From NCBI RefSeq assembly GCF_009914755.1, contig NC_060933.1: a stretch of 64,000 nucleotides of DNA, one strand, 5' to 3'. Origin of the DNA: the human T2T-CHM13v2.0 reference genome, Homo sapiens. The notes under the pieces are model-generated. The model searched no databases. It saw only the letters and a program-made list of their open reading frames with translations, and was not told the DNA's origin. Of the stretch, positions 17,128-35,657 are shown in pieces. The translations under genes and the position numbers were made by a program. Numbering within the stretch: the first letter of the stretch is position 1; each line of letters begins with the position of its first letter.

Positions 17128-17222
17128 ATATATATATATATTTTTTATATATATTTATATATTTTTAATATATTATATGTATATTTATATATATTTTATA
17201 TATATTTATATATATAATATAT
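17128..17222. repeat. TA-rich low-complexity tract
   Basis: Almost entirely T/A dinucleotide-like sequence. Confidence 0.85.
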
Positions 17223-17504
17223 TTGCTTATTTTCCTTTGGGGAGCTAATTCTTTCTAATGTTTGTAATAATTGTTATAAAAGACATATAAAAATAATTAT
17301 TAGGATATATGATAATTTTAAAAGATTATAATGAAATGAACTTAAACACAATACAACTCAGATCAAGAAATACAATATTTCCATTAGTTTGAAAGTACCT
17401 TCTTGTCCTGCTCAGGTCACAGTCAAGAATGTAGTCAATTTCTCGTCTGCCTTACCCTTCCTCAGTGATAAGCATAATTTTGTATTCTTTGTTAAACATT
17501 CTCT

Positions 17505-17752
17505 TTATTTATTTACTTATTGGTTTATTTATTTTTTGAGATAAGTTCTTGCTCTGTCACCCAGGCTGGAGTGCAGTGACACAATCAGTACTAAGTGCAG
17601 CCTCAACCTCGTGGGATCAAGTGATCCTCCTACCTCCAGAGTAGCTGGGACTAAAGGTGGCATGTATTATAGTCCCAGCTACTAAAATTAGCTTGGCCAA
17701 TTAAAAAAAATCTTTTGTAGAGATGGGGTTTCACCCTGTTGCCCAGGCTTGC
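17505..17752 (-). mobile_element. AluJ, 5'-truncated, with a rearranged middle linker
   Basis: 'ttttttgagataagttcttgctctgtcacccaggctggagtgcagtg...gatcaagtgatcctcc...gtagagatggggtttcaccctgttgcccaggct'. Confidence 0.85.
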
Positions 17753-18434
17753 TTTATTTTTAGATAGGTTTGCAAGATAGATTTTAGGCTAATAAAGTAT
17801 ATTACTTAGGTTTTCTTTTTTTAAAACTTTTAAAATGTGAGATTACATTATTTATCAAAGTGGTCTGTAAATTTGAGGGAGAAATGGAGATGGTTTAAGA
17901 GAAGATAGAAATGAGTAGTGTATTGAGGGTGGTATAAAAAGATAGGATTACTCTAAAGAAACATGGTCATTTGCAAAGGACAGGAAGACATAATATGAAA
18001 ATATCAATGGATAACGGTCAGACTGGTTTGGAGTCATTCATCATTACCTTCTCACAACAACTTTTGCAGTCACTTCCTCTTTTCTTTTCAGTATACATAT
18101 TTCTAAGCTTGGACCCAGCCTTGTTCTGTCTTTCCTGTTTTCTTTTTCTGGCCATTTGCTCTGGACTTCATTCTTGCTTTCTGTATCATAGTGCACAGTG
18201 AATTGGATGTCCCTTTGTTTCTCACACCATACCCAAAGCTTGGTCAGCAGTCACACTTTGCTCCATGCTCAAGTGATATGGGCTAACCTTACCCACCTCC
18301 AGCCCAACTATTTCCAAAAGGTTCAGCTTGTGCCAGAATCCCGAAACTTTCCACTACGCTGTAGACTTTTAGCTATACTATGATAATTTGCATCCTTTCT
18401 TTTCGCTAACCAATTTATTGTTAAAAAATTTATT

Positions 18435-19760
<1,326 letters not shown>

Positions 19761-20024
19761 ATTTCAAAAGAAAATTTTTAAATGGATTGTAATTTTTGAC
19801 TGAAATATGCATCCTCCTTTCAAGAGTGTAAACTCTTTGTTTTCTATCTTCCCATTCCTAGCTCATTCCTAGTTTATTGCTTGGCACGTAGCTTTGCTCA
19901 GTAAATGCTTGCTAAATGAAAACAAGAATGAATGAATGCCAATGGTAAAGTATTACAACCCAAACAGATTTTTCCAGTGACTGACAATGTAGAGCAACTC
20001 TTCAAAGATTTAAAATTTTATTTC

Positions 20025-20220
20025 TGAATTCATTTCACACCTCCTGTATTTTCTGGCTGTGTGACCGTGGACAAGTGACTTACTGTCTCTGACTCTCAAA
20101 CCATTCATCAATAAAATGAAAGAAAATAACAACTTACCTCATTGAATTGTTACGAAAATTAGATGAGTACAGTGCCTGGTACCAAATTAGCATTTAAAAA
20201 GCTATTATAAGAAGCTATTA
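20025..20220 (+). mobile_element. MIR SINE
   Basis: 'ggctgtgtgaccgtggacaagtgactta...catcaataaaatg...acctcattgaattgtt...acagtgcctggtac'. Confidence 0.75.
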
Positions 20221-21799
20221 CAGTGAATGGCACCTAAGTAAATCTGCTAGGTGTTTCTATTTTTAAATGCCATCCTTTTAAAACTAATTTGCTCGCACTC
20301 ATTTGTTTTCCTTGAGTGCAAAGAAATGTTTCATCTGTCTGGATTCTTAACACACTCTACCAAGTTAATTAGAAGAGATGTACCCTTCACTACATTAATA
20401 ATAGCAAGTCACACTATGGAAACTTGAGATATTGCCTTACCCGTTTTTCTTGAAATAGGCAGTGGAGTGTGTCTATTATACATAGAAAGAGTTCCCTTTA
20501 AAACATAACTGTGGAAGCATTTTTCTTATTTTGTATTTGCAAGAGACATCTATTTTTTCTTGAACACCACTTTTCATGTAGGAATCAGAAAAAGGGTTAC
20601 TGAAGTAATGTATTTAAGCTTTTGGTCTGGTTATGCGTAATCTAATTTTTATACAGTCTGCACAAATTGTAGCCACTTTGTCAATGTCTTATTATTTTTT
20701 TCTCTTAACAATGCAGTGACAGTGATTAATTTCTAAACAGTGGTAAACAAAAAAACCTTACCTTGGAAGTGATTAAAACAGAGTTGCAAACCATATGAGG
20801 GCTGACACATATATAAATTATGGACATAATAATACACTACACACACCCTATGAATGGAATGAATGGTACATCTAAATATTCCCATAGAAATAATAGAAAA
20901 TAGGATAATTTGCCCCAGTACATTTTGGTAAATATATTGCCTAGACCTAGTTACCTTTTAGTTGTTAAAACAGTGGCTATTAGTAGCCACATGTGAGAAA
21001 GTTAATGAATTTTAAAGTATGGATTGCAGTATAAATAAAAACAGAAATGACTTACTTTTTATAAAACATTCTCATATAATGGTAATTTATTTTTTACTTT
21101 ATGATTATGCTGATTCTATTATATTATGAATTCAGGCTTGGGCTATTTTATCCCAAGCAAATTATATCATGAACAAAGTGACAAAATTTATCTTGGCTAA
21201 GGACATTTTTCTTAGTTATTTTAGGGTAAAACAATTAATTGTTATAATAAGCATCTCTTGATTAGAGCTTTGAAATAAGCAATGAAAATTAAACCTACAA
21301 ATTTATTTTCTCCTATCTGGTATGTTTTTGATATATGTATATATTTATTCCATCATGTAGTAAATAACCAAAGGAGCATTCTGAGATGCTAGGTTGTTGC
21401 CAGGGGATGTGTAATGGTATAACCAAGAGTATTGGTGCTGCACAAAAAGAAGGATTCACTTTCAGTTTAAAGTCCATCCAATAAAAATAGAAAGACAAGA
21501 GAGTATATGGGGGTGGAGTGTCGCCAGAGGAGACCATGATCTCTATAAAAGATATAGACTAAAAAAAAGTTATTTACAAAAACTGAACAATACTGTTAAA
21601 TCTTCTCTAGTATATCAAATTGAAACCATTAAAATAGAAGTATGCCACTGCTCCTGATCAAGTGGAGATGAAGAAGCAAGGTCTATGACCAGAAAAACAA
21701 ACAAAAAAAAGATTCTCAAAGAATATATAGTGCAACATTTCATGCAGAAGAGCATTGACATTTACAGATAGCGGCAAACAAAAATGCTGTTTTTTAGAA

Positions 21800-24670
21800 A
21801 TTAAGTTATTTTTCAGAGCAGTCAGGTTTACAGAAAAATAAAACTGAGTGAAAAGTACAGTGAGTTTCTGTATACCTTCTCTCCCCCAACTTCATTTTCC
21901 CTTACCATTAACATTTTACATTAGTGTAGTACATTTGTTATAATTGATGAGTAGATATTGATAGATTAATATTAACCAAAGGCCATAGTTTACATTAGAG
22001 TTTATTCTTTGTATTTGACATCATAGGGGTTTTGGTCAATGTATTATATCATGGTTTCACCATTATAGTATCATGCTTAATTTTGTCCCACCTATTTATT
22101 TCTCTGTCACTCTTGCTGAACCCCGGCAACCACGACTATTTTTACTGTTTCCAGAATTTTGCCTTTTCCACAATGTCATGTAGTTGGCTTCTTGCACTTA
22201 GAAATACGCATTTTAGATTCTTCTGTGTCCTTTGGTGGATTGATAGCTCATCTCTTTTTATCACAATATTTCATCACGTGGATGTTCACAGCTTGTTTAT
22301 TAATTCACTGATTGAAGGACATCTTGATTATTTCTAACTCTGGCAGTCATGAATAAAGCTACTATAAACATTCATGTGAAGGTTTTTGTGTGAACAGTTT
22401 TCAGTTTATTTGGGTAAATTCTAAGGAGAATGATTGCTGGATCATGTGGTAAGAGTATGTTTAATTTTATAAGAAATTGTCAAACTATTCTAACGTTGCT
22501 GTACCATTTTGCATTTCCACTAGCAAAGAATAAGGGTTCCTTTTGCTTCACATTGGGTGATGTCAGTGTTTTCGATTTTGGCCATTCTGATAGATGTGTA
22601 CTGGCTCACATTGTTTCTTTAAATTCCATTTCTCTAAAGACATGATTTTGAGCATCATTTCATATGCTTATTTGCGATCTTTATTTTTTTTCAACTTATA
22701 ATTTTGTACTTTTGGTGTTGATTTTACAAAGTCACTGACAAAGCCAGTGTGTGTGTTTTTGCCTTTATATATAAACCTTACGATCAGTTTGTAGATAGCC
22801 ACAAAATAACTAGCAGTGATTTTTGATTGGAATTCTATTGAATCTATAGGATCAGTTGGTAAGAACTAGTATCTTAATATCGAGTCTTCCTATCCATGTA
22901 CATAGAATATCTCATCATTTATTTGAATATTTAAAAAATTTAAAATCAAAGTTTTGTAGTGTTCTCTATGTATTTTGTTAGATTTATACATGAGAATTTT
23001 TTGGGGGTTGCTAATATAAATGGTTTTTTTATTTTAAATTTTAATTATTCATTGGTGACACAATAATAAAGCAACCAACTTTTGTGTGTTAAGCTTGCAT
23101 CCCGTGGCTTTGCTATAGTCACTTTTAGTTTCAAGAGGTTTTTCTTGTGTAAAGAAAAAGTAATATTTTATTTTTCCCAATCTGTATAACTTTTAATTCC
23201 CTTTCTAATCTTTTTGCACTAGCTAAAACTTCCATTGCAATATACTAGATTGGTGAGAATGGAACTTTTTGCCCTGCTCCTGATCTTAGTAGGATACCAT
23301 CTAGTTTCACCATTAAGACAATTTTTTTTAGATGTTTTTCATCAAGTTGAGTCATTTCCCATTATTTCCTGTTCTGTTGAGAGGGAAATAATGGGTATCA
23401 TTAATGGGTATTGGATTTTGTCAAATTTTGTTCTGCATTTATTTATATAATCGTGTAATTTTCTTCTTTAGCCCTGTTGATATAATGGATTACAGTAATA
23501 TATTTTTCAATGTTTAACCACCCTTACACATGTGGTATACATCCCACTTGACTGTGATGTATAATACTTTTTTAAACATTGTCACATTAATTTGCTAATG
23601 TCTTCCAGGACTGGCATCTATGTTCGTGAGAGGTACTGGTCTGTAGTTCTGTAGTTTTTATTTATTTTAATGTCATTGGTTTTGGTATGAGGGTAATGTT
23701 GGCTTTACAGAATTAATTAAAATGTATTCCCTCTGCTTCTATATTCTGGAAGAGATTATAGAGAATTGGTATAATTTCTTCCTTACATGCTTCATAAAAT
23801 TACATGTGGGCACATCCTGTTAAATTTTGATTTGGGAGTTTATTAATATAGTTCTAATCAGATTTTATATTTCTCCTAGTGTGAGTTTTGGAGACATTGC
23901 GTCTTTTAAGAAATTTGTTCAATTCATCTACGTTTATCAAACTTGTGAGCACAGAAGTGTTATTAGTATCCCTTTATTATGCTTTAAATGTCTATAGGAT
24001 CAGTAGTGATTGCCCCAGTTTAAATTCTGAAATTAGTAATATATTTTTGTCTCTTCTTTTTGTTATGTTTTCTAGAGATTTATCAATTGTATTGTTCTTT
24101 TTAAAGAAACAGCTTTTTGTTTTGCTGATCTGCTTTATTAGTTTGTTATTAATTTTACTGATTTCTGCTTTAATTTTCATTATTTTTTCTGCCTAGTTTG
24201 CATTTAATTTATTGATCTTTTTCTAGTCATCTAAGGAGGAACCTTCAGATATTAATTTTTGATATCTCTTCTTTCTCACATATGCATTTAATGCTATACA
24301 TTTCCCCCATGCACAGCTTTGTCTGTATCCTAAAATATTTTAATGTTTTGTTATTTTTGTCATTTAGTTTGAAATATATTTTAATTTATTTTAAGACTCT
24401 ATATGCTATTTAGAAGTGTGTTGTTTAATCTTCATTTATTGAGGTTTTCTACTTTCTATTTGATTACTAATTTTAATTTCATTGCGGTCTGAGAAGACAA
24501 AATATGATGTCAATTACCTTGAATTTGTTAAGATATGTTCTGTTTCTCCAGATATTTTCTATATTGGTAAATATCACATGAGAGCTTGAGAAAAATATGT
24601 ATTTTGCTATTTTTGGATAAATTATTCTACAGATGCCAATTTGGTATAATTGATGGTGTTTATTAGTACA
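21800..24670 (-). mobile_element. L1MC/L1MD-type LINE-1, 3'UTR through ORF2 to the EN domain, fragmented
   Basis: 3' end 'agagcagtcaggtttacagaaaaa...aaaagtacagtgagtttctgtatacc'; ORF 23992..24180 (IKAEISKINNK...SKTKSCFFKKNNTIDK) is ORF2-like. Confidence 0.8.
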
Positions 24671-24709
24671 ATTATGACTTTTATCTTTTAATTAATAAAC
24701 TGGATGAGT

Positions 24710-28070
<3,361 letters not shown>

Positions 28071-28772
28071 ATAGATTTCTCAATAAATATTTAGCATGGT
28101 GCATGGAGCACAGAGTCGTGAGATATTTGCTCCCACATATTTGTTTGTATTCTGAAATAAACTGGCAATGATCTTGTTCAACTAGTAGAAAATGACAACT
28201 ATATTGGTTTTCGAAAAGTAAATGAAGAATAAATACCAAAGTCAACATAATATATGATAAAGCAAATATGGAACATATTTATTCTCATGTAGATAAGAGT
28301 TGAAGAGAAATATAAAGCTAAGTGAAATCTTCTTACTGAACACTGGGGTTCAAAATATAAGAAAATTCTGAAGCAAAGGGATTATCTGGAAGATGTGATG
28401 TGCATGAAGAGGCTGAAACGCAGTGAAGTGTCAGCTCCATGGGGTAAGGTGCTATTTCTGCTATATGATGAAAAAGAAAGATGGCAAGGCAGGTTTGAGT
28501 TTAAATGAGAGGCAGATGAGTCTTTTAAAGCTCATTTTTTATGTAAGACTTTGAGGGTGCCTGTTTAATAAAGAGTTAGGGTGCTTAGCAGACTTAGGGT
28601 GCTCAAACCCTGCATGTTTCAAAGAAATGACAAGTCTTTGGCTCCTAGAATATTAACTTTGAGCCTTGGACAATTTCAGTCTGGTAAAGAATGTCTTCAT
28701 ATTAGTGAGGGCTCTTTAGAGAAACAAAACAAATAGAATATATGTATATATACAGAAAGAGCTTTCTTCACC

Positions 28773-29175
28773 TTTATTATTATTTAGAATTGACACATAA
28801 TAATTTTACTTGTGTATGGGGTAATATTTTGATACATGTATATAATGTATAATGATCTAATCAGGATACTTAGCATATCCATCACCTCAAACATTGATCT
28901 TTTTTTTTGTGTTGAGAACATTGAAATTCCACTTTTCTATTTATTTAAAATGTATAATGAATTATTTGTAATTATAGTTACCCTATAGTGCTATATAGAA
29001 CACTACAATTTATTCTTCTTGTATCACTGTACTTTTGCATCTGTTAATCAACCTTTGACTGTCTCTATTCCCAAATACCCTTCCCTGCCTCTAGTAATGA
29101 CTATTCTACCCTCTACCTTTATGAGATCAAATTTTAAGCTTCCATGTATAAATGAGAACATACAGCATTTATCTT
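28773..29175 (-). mobile_element. L1MA 3' end fragment
   Basis: 'aattgacacataataatt...atggggta...tttgatacatgtatataatgtataatgatc...agcatatccatcacctcaaacat'. Confidence 0.8.
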
Positions 29176-29284
29176 AGAAAAAGATTTATTATGAGGAATT
29201 GGCTCATATGATAATGGAGGCTGGGAATCCCAACATCTGCCTTCTGCAAGCTGGAGGCTCAGGAAAGATGGTATTAATGAAATT

Positions 29285-29321
29285 AATGGCAAAGAGTGTA
29301 ATTACTTTTGCACCAACCTAA
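29285..29321. mobile_element. Half MADE1 / solo Hsmar1 terminal inverted repeat
   Basis: 'aatggcaaagagtgtaattacttttgcaccaacctaa' versus MADE1 'aatggcaaaaaccgcaattacttttgcaccaacctaa'. Confidence 0.8.
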
Positions 29322-30384
29322 ATAGTTCTAGTCCAAGCCTACAGGCCTCAGAACCAGAGGATCTAATGTCCAAGTGCAGGAGAAGATGGATGTTTAAGTG
29401 CAAGCACAGGAAGGCAGAGAGAATTTGCCCTTCTTTCACGTTTTTGCTCTATTCCTGTCCTCACCATATTGGATGATGCCCCTCACATTGGTGAGGATCA
29501 TCTTCTTTACTTAATTTAAAAAGTAAAATGCTAATCTCTTTTGAAAACACCCCAAAAAACATACCCAGAAAGAATGTTTTATCATGTATCTGGGCATTCT
29601 AGTCAAATTGACACATAAAACTAACCATTAAAGGCTTTGCATACCTGAGACTTTGGCTGATGCCAGACAGTGTTTACTAAATAATGGGATTTACAGCCAA
29701 TATCTGTTTTTGTCCACCTGACGCCCTGGTCCACACTGTATCAGTTTGACCTCTGCAGAGTGGAGAACTGAAGACTGAATAGTCATTTGACTCTCCCATG
29801 ATTGTATAATTGACCCTCCCCTAAAAATCCTGGACCCAAGGCTCAGATGATCTTCCTTAGTTGGAAATACTTTTGTAAATTTTGCCTCACATCATTGTTG
29901 GGAGAATTAAGCACTGTGCTTGAGACTCCACTTGGAGAACACAACCTCGTGCCTAGTTTTTCCCAGACTCCACTCTATGAACCTTGTTCTTTTATTTTAA
30001 TCTGTACACATTTGCTATACTAAAGCATACCTGTGAGATTGACAGCTTTTCTTTTCCAAGTTCTGTGAGCCATTGTAGCAAGTCAAAGAACCTGAGGGTG
30101 GTCTTGGGAAGCTCCTGACACACTACATCAAGGGTATTACAATATTCTTAATATGCAAAAATGAATGAAGCATTCTTCCTTGCTAGGAAGAACTGATTTA
30201 CAGGCTTATAGAAGAATTATCCATGGATTTTTGGGCCAAGACCTGTGCCAGTTGCACCCAGAAAAATTAGGATTTTCTAGATATTACTACAAAGTGGTGC
30301 AGGCCATCAAAAACTAGAATTTAGCTATATCCAAATAAAAAAATGTCAGGTCCAGTAAAGCTCTTCTTGATTCCATTGCCATCC

Positions 30385-30580
30385 TTAATCATAGCCACCA
30401 TTTATAGAGTACCTATTAGGGACCAAGGTTTTATTACATATATTGTAATCACTGGGGATTTAAATCTCCATGTTCCAGATTTAAAAACACAGAAGAATGA
30501 AGAGGAAAAATGACTTACTCTTAATTATTCATAAAGCTGGTATGTGAGAGAGCAATGGTTTGAAATCATGTCATACTTGT
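30385..30580 (-). mobile_element. MIR fragment
   Basis: 'atagccaccatttatagagtacctatt...ctccatgttccagat...aatgacttactc...agctggtatgtgagagagc'. Confidence 0.5.
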
Positions 30581-32249
30581 GATTTTTAAATATTTTTCAT
30601 GTTGTGTGTTCGTGACATGAAAATGAAAAATTCCGTTTTTCTTTTTTATTCCTTTTCTCTTTTTATATTTTGTAAAATCTTTGTGAAAGTCGTGGAAACT
30701 CAGTTATCTTCTCAGTTTTTGGCTGTATCAGAGCTTGCTAAAATTGTTTTCACGTGGAAGAGCACCCTTCTAGGGGCTGGGTGAGATGGTGACAGCTTGA
30801 GAAACCAAAGTCAGAGAATTGCAAAGGGGAGTAAACCATGTGTACCCCTAAAGCTATCAAAAAAATAAACTCAGTGGGACAAAGTCAATGGACCTAATCC
30901 GTTGTAGATGTCAATCTGTAAAAGTCTGTTTTTACTATGTGGGTTATACAAAAACATCAGGCTGAATTTGGTAGATTGGTCACAGTTTTTCAATCCATGC
31001 TCTGAGGAAACATGAAGCATAGGCAAGGGTTAGAGTAAGGACTAAAGCTTTTATTCAAAGTTCACAGATTCACCTGGGTGTGGTAGAAAGATGCAGGGTA
31101 AAATTTCAAACACAGAGATTCAGTGGCCGTATAATAGATTATTAAGAGGTAGGGTACCTGCAGGAGAAAAAAGTCCCTCCTGTCATGCTCATCAGTTTTC
31201 TCCCCATCTTAGCTGTCCCTAGGACAATCTAGTCCTGTTTTTATGGCTTATCTACAGAGAAGTACTAAGTTTCTAAAAGGCTCTGGTTGTATCCTAAAGA
31301 TTCATCCATGACCTGAAGAAACAGAATCCAATATGCCTGATGAGGCATATTGCTGCTTGTAATCTGAGATTGTGAGCCCTTCTTCAACAAAGGATTACTG
31401 ACTTAAATATCAATTGAGGATCACTTGTAGAAAACCCTTCTTTATTTGAGTTTTTTCAACGATGGAAAATAGAAAATATTTCTATCCACTATAAAATAAA
31501 TAATAACATGAGATTGGGTTTCAGTTAATTCAATGTAGAAAGCAATATTTTTTCATGAAAAATGAATGATAGCTTTCCTAGTGACAGAAGATAAAGAATT
31601 ATATCCCAGACTGTAAGTTATTCCTGTCTTTTAGCATCAACACAGAATCAAGAAGGGGAAAAAGGGTGAAATATTAAAAGATAAGACTCTGCTTATTTAA
31701 CCTTGAGCAGTCCCAGAGTTAAACTCTCTTTTCAGTGATGTTCCTGGTCTATATTTCATAAAAACATACATATCTAAAGGCAGTCTTCATCAGAAAAGAG
31801 GAATCTCAGAGCAGTATCTCACAGGAGGGAAATCAGATATAAGAAAGTTCTAGGATCCTTGTTCATCCATGAGAATTAAACAGTAATGGGTTTTGCACAT
31901 TGGTTGGTGATACGAATATTGGAAGGACTGGCTATTGGTCAGCCCTAGAGGAAGGAATTCTGAGTTTTCATTTATACAAGAAGTTAACTTTTCTGAGTTT
32001 CAGACTAGAGGACAGGAGGCACTACTCCAATCTCTTAGCCTTATTAAAAATATACAGAAGTGTAGCACTGAGTCCTTTTTAAAAAAATTTATTCCCTAGG
32101 AAAGTAGCAAACATGAAACTTCTATATGTGTGTAGGTGGGAATTTTTCAGAGAAACTTTTGTGCGCCTAGGTCACCTCTTTGCCTCAAATAAAAAGTACT
32201 TGGTTCTCAATGATCCTACATGGTCAAATAGACATCAAATATTGCTTTT

Positions 32250-32840
32250 TACACATTGCTAGTGGGATAGTAAAATGGAGTAACTGCTTTGGAAAACAGG
32301 CAGTTCTTCAAAAAGTATTATCTTATGACCCAGCAATTCCACTCCTAAGTGTATGCACAGGAAACCTAAAAAGATATAATTACGCAAAAAAAACTTCCAT
32401 ATGAATATTCATAGCAGTATTTTTCATAATAGCCAGAAACTGGAAACAATTCTTATGTCCACAAATGAATAAATAAACACACAAAATGGCATGTCCATCA
32501 AATAGAATATTGTCTAGCCATAAGGATGAAGTACTGATACGTGCTACAGCACAGATAAACTTTGAAAATATTAAAGCAAGTGAAAGAAGTCAGACTCAAA
32601 GCCATATGCAGCTTGATTTATTTATACAAAATGCCCATTCACAATAGGCAAATCTAGGGTCAAAAAAAATAGATTAATGTTTATCAGAAGGTAGAAGGAG
32701 AAGGGTATGTCTGCTAATGGTTATGGAGCTTCTTTTGGGGACAATAAAAATATTCTGGAATTAGGTAAGATGATTGTTGCAAAACTTTTTGAATATGCCA
32801 AATATAACTGCATATTATGATTTAAAATGTTAAGAATTTA
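32250..32840 (+). mobile_element. L1MB-type 3' fragment
   Basis: 'tatgacccagcaattccactcctaagt', 'gatgaagtactgatacgtgctacagca', 'ctgctaatggttatggagcttcttttgggg'. Confidence 0.75.
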
Positions 32841-33749
32841 AAATGTTAAAAATGTACACCAAAATTATAGTAGGAGCTGCTTTGAGGTGGAGAAGAGGGA
32901 AATAGTTATTAAATAGAATGAAACTTCCAAAAACTATCCAAAGACATAAGACAAAATATTAAACATTGCTAATTATAGGCTTTAAAAATTACCTTTATTT
33001 TATATTTAAAAATTTCAAGAAATATTTTCCATTTTATTTCTACTGTATTTCCAGTAAAATTTATAATAATTGTATTTTAACTGTATGACACACATTAAAA
33101 ATAAAGCCCTCTGGCATAGTTTTGCTTAAAGTTACAAGAAATTTCTTGCATATTTTGCCCTTTATGGTTCTGACAATTTGTTAGTCATTAAATAAGATGT
33201 CCAATAAGTTGAAAGAGAAAACAGCAGGAAACCACTCAAGGTACAATATAACCCTTTGATTAGAAGCAGTTATTTCTAAAATTAATCACATATGACACCA
33301 ACTGTTGGCTTATTTATTATCTTACTCTATAACTTACACTTCATATTCAGAAAGAGTGGGGGTTCTCTTCTGGAAATTAGGCAACAAATTGAGGTGTCCT
33401 TTTCATTTTAATTTAAACTGTTAGTTGAAATAAAATGTAAAGAGCTGATAGTATAAAGGAAAGGGAAAAATGAAAGATGGGACTATAGATTGAAATTCCC
33501 ATGATTTGTAGCCTTGAGAAAATTTGTCTCTTCAATGTATTGAAAATTCTAAAAGGAAGTCAACAGTCACTTCTCTTGAAAAATACAAAGAAGGAAAGAA
33601 ATATAACCAAGTTGAAAATAAACAGTCTTCCTCTGCCTCAAAAGTAAGTGAACGAGGGCTGATGTGTTAGTCTACCCAATTTGATCTGCTAGACAGAGCA
33701 GTCCCGAAAGTAACCTTGGACATATTTAAGATATATTTGTAACTACAAT

Positions 33750-35195
33750 GTTATAAATCCATGCATTTATAGTCAATTGCTTTTTGACAAAGGTGCCAAG
33801 AACACAATGGGGAAAGGACAGTCTTTTTCATAAATGGTGTTGGGAATACTGGCTATTCACATGCAGAATAAATTGGATCTTTATCTGACATCATATACAA
33901 AAGTCAATTCAAAAGAGATTAAAGACTTAAATTTAAAACCTGAAACTTAAAACCACTAGAGTAAAAGCTTCATGATATTGGTCTGGGCTCTGGACAATGA
34001 TTTTCTGGATATGACCTCAAAGGCACAAGCAACTAAAGCAAAAATAGACAAACAAGATGGCCTCAAACTGAAAAGCTTATCCACAGCAAAGGAACAGTTA
34101 ACAAAGTGAAGACAGTTCACAGAATGGAAGAAAATATTTGCAAACCATACATCAGATAATGGATTAATATCCCAAATAGAAAGGCTTGCAAACAACTCAA
34201 TAGCAAGAAAACAAACTGATTAACAAATGGGCAAAGGACCTGAACAAACTTTTCTCAAAAGAAAACAAAGAAATAGCCAACAGGAACTTGAAAAAATACT
34301 CGACATCCAGTAATCATTAGGGAAATGCAAATTGAAACTACACTGAGATATCACCCCACACCTGTTAGAATAGCTTTTATCGAAAGAAAAGAAAATTGTT
34401 GGCAAAAATGTTGAGGAAAGTGAACTCTTGTACATTGTTGTTGGGAATGTAAACTACTACAGATATGATTGAAAACAGTATGGAGGTTCCTCAAAATAAT
34501 AAATAAATAAATAAATAAATAAAACTACCATATGATCCAGTAACCCCACTTCTGGGTATATATTCACAGGAATGAATATCAAATGGATATCTGTACTCTC
34601 ATGTTCATTTCAGTATATTTTTTATCAATATCCAAGATATATAAACAGCTTAAGTGTCCATCAATGAATGAATACATAAAGAAAATGTGGTATATACACA
34701 ACAAAGACTATTCAGCCTTAGAAAAGAAGGAAATACTGTCATTTTTGACAACACGGATGAACCCCGAGGGCATTATGCTAAGTGAAATAAGCCAGGCACA
34801 GAAAGATAAATACTTCATGTCTCAATTATGAGTAGAATCTAAAAAAGTTGAATTCATTCAAGAAGAGAGTAGAATGATGTTTACCAGTGACTAGGTATGG
34901 AGGGCAGGGGGAAAGAAAAGGGCAGTTATTTATCAAAGAGTAAAATTTCAGATTTAGAAGGGGATTGTTTTGAGATTTATTGTACAGCAGGGTAACTATA
35001 ATCAATAGTAATGTGTTATATATTTCAAAATAAGTAAGGTTGTACATTTCAAATGTTGCATCATACAAGGCAAGAGGAGTGATAAATATATTAATTAATT
35101 TTGTTTAAATATTCCACATTTTATACATATACCAAAACATCACATTGTACCCCATAAATGTATGCAATTATGAATTGTCAATTAAAATCATATTT
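33750..35195 (+). mobile_element. L1MA ORF2 C-terminus and 3'UTR
   Basis: 'tttttgacaaaggtgccaagaac'; ORF 34583..34831 resembles the ORF2 C-terminus; end 'ccccataaatgtatgcaattatgaattgtcaattaaaa'. Confidence 0.85.
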
Positions 35196-35204
35196 TTTAA
35201 TTAT

Positions 35205-35657
<453 letters not shown>

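Larger units (their letters stand above)
28698..29632 (-). mobile_element. MLT2 (MLT2B-like) ERVL LTR, interrupted by an L1MA piece and a MADE1 half
   Basis: 'tattagtgagggctctttagagaaac', 'gaggaattggctcatatg', 'tcaaattgacacataaaactaaccat'; probable 5-bp TSD gtctt/ggctt. Confidence 0.8.
28562..30122 (+). mobile_element. MER77-like (MER21 group) ERVL LTR split by an MLT2 insertion
   Basis: 'ctcaaaccctgca...aaagaa', 'ctgtatcagtttgacctctg', 'aaggctcagatga', 'aacctgagggtggtcttgggaa'. Confidence 0.6.

Noticed and set aside
29270-29330. miR-548-family hairpin
   Set aside because: Only one MADE1 arm is present, so the precursor stem-loop cannot form.
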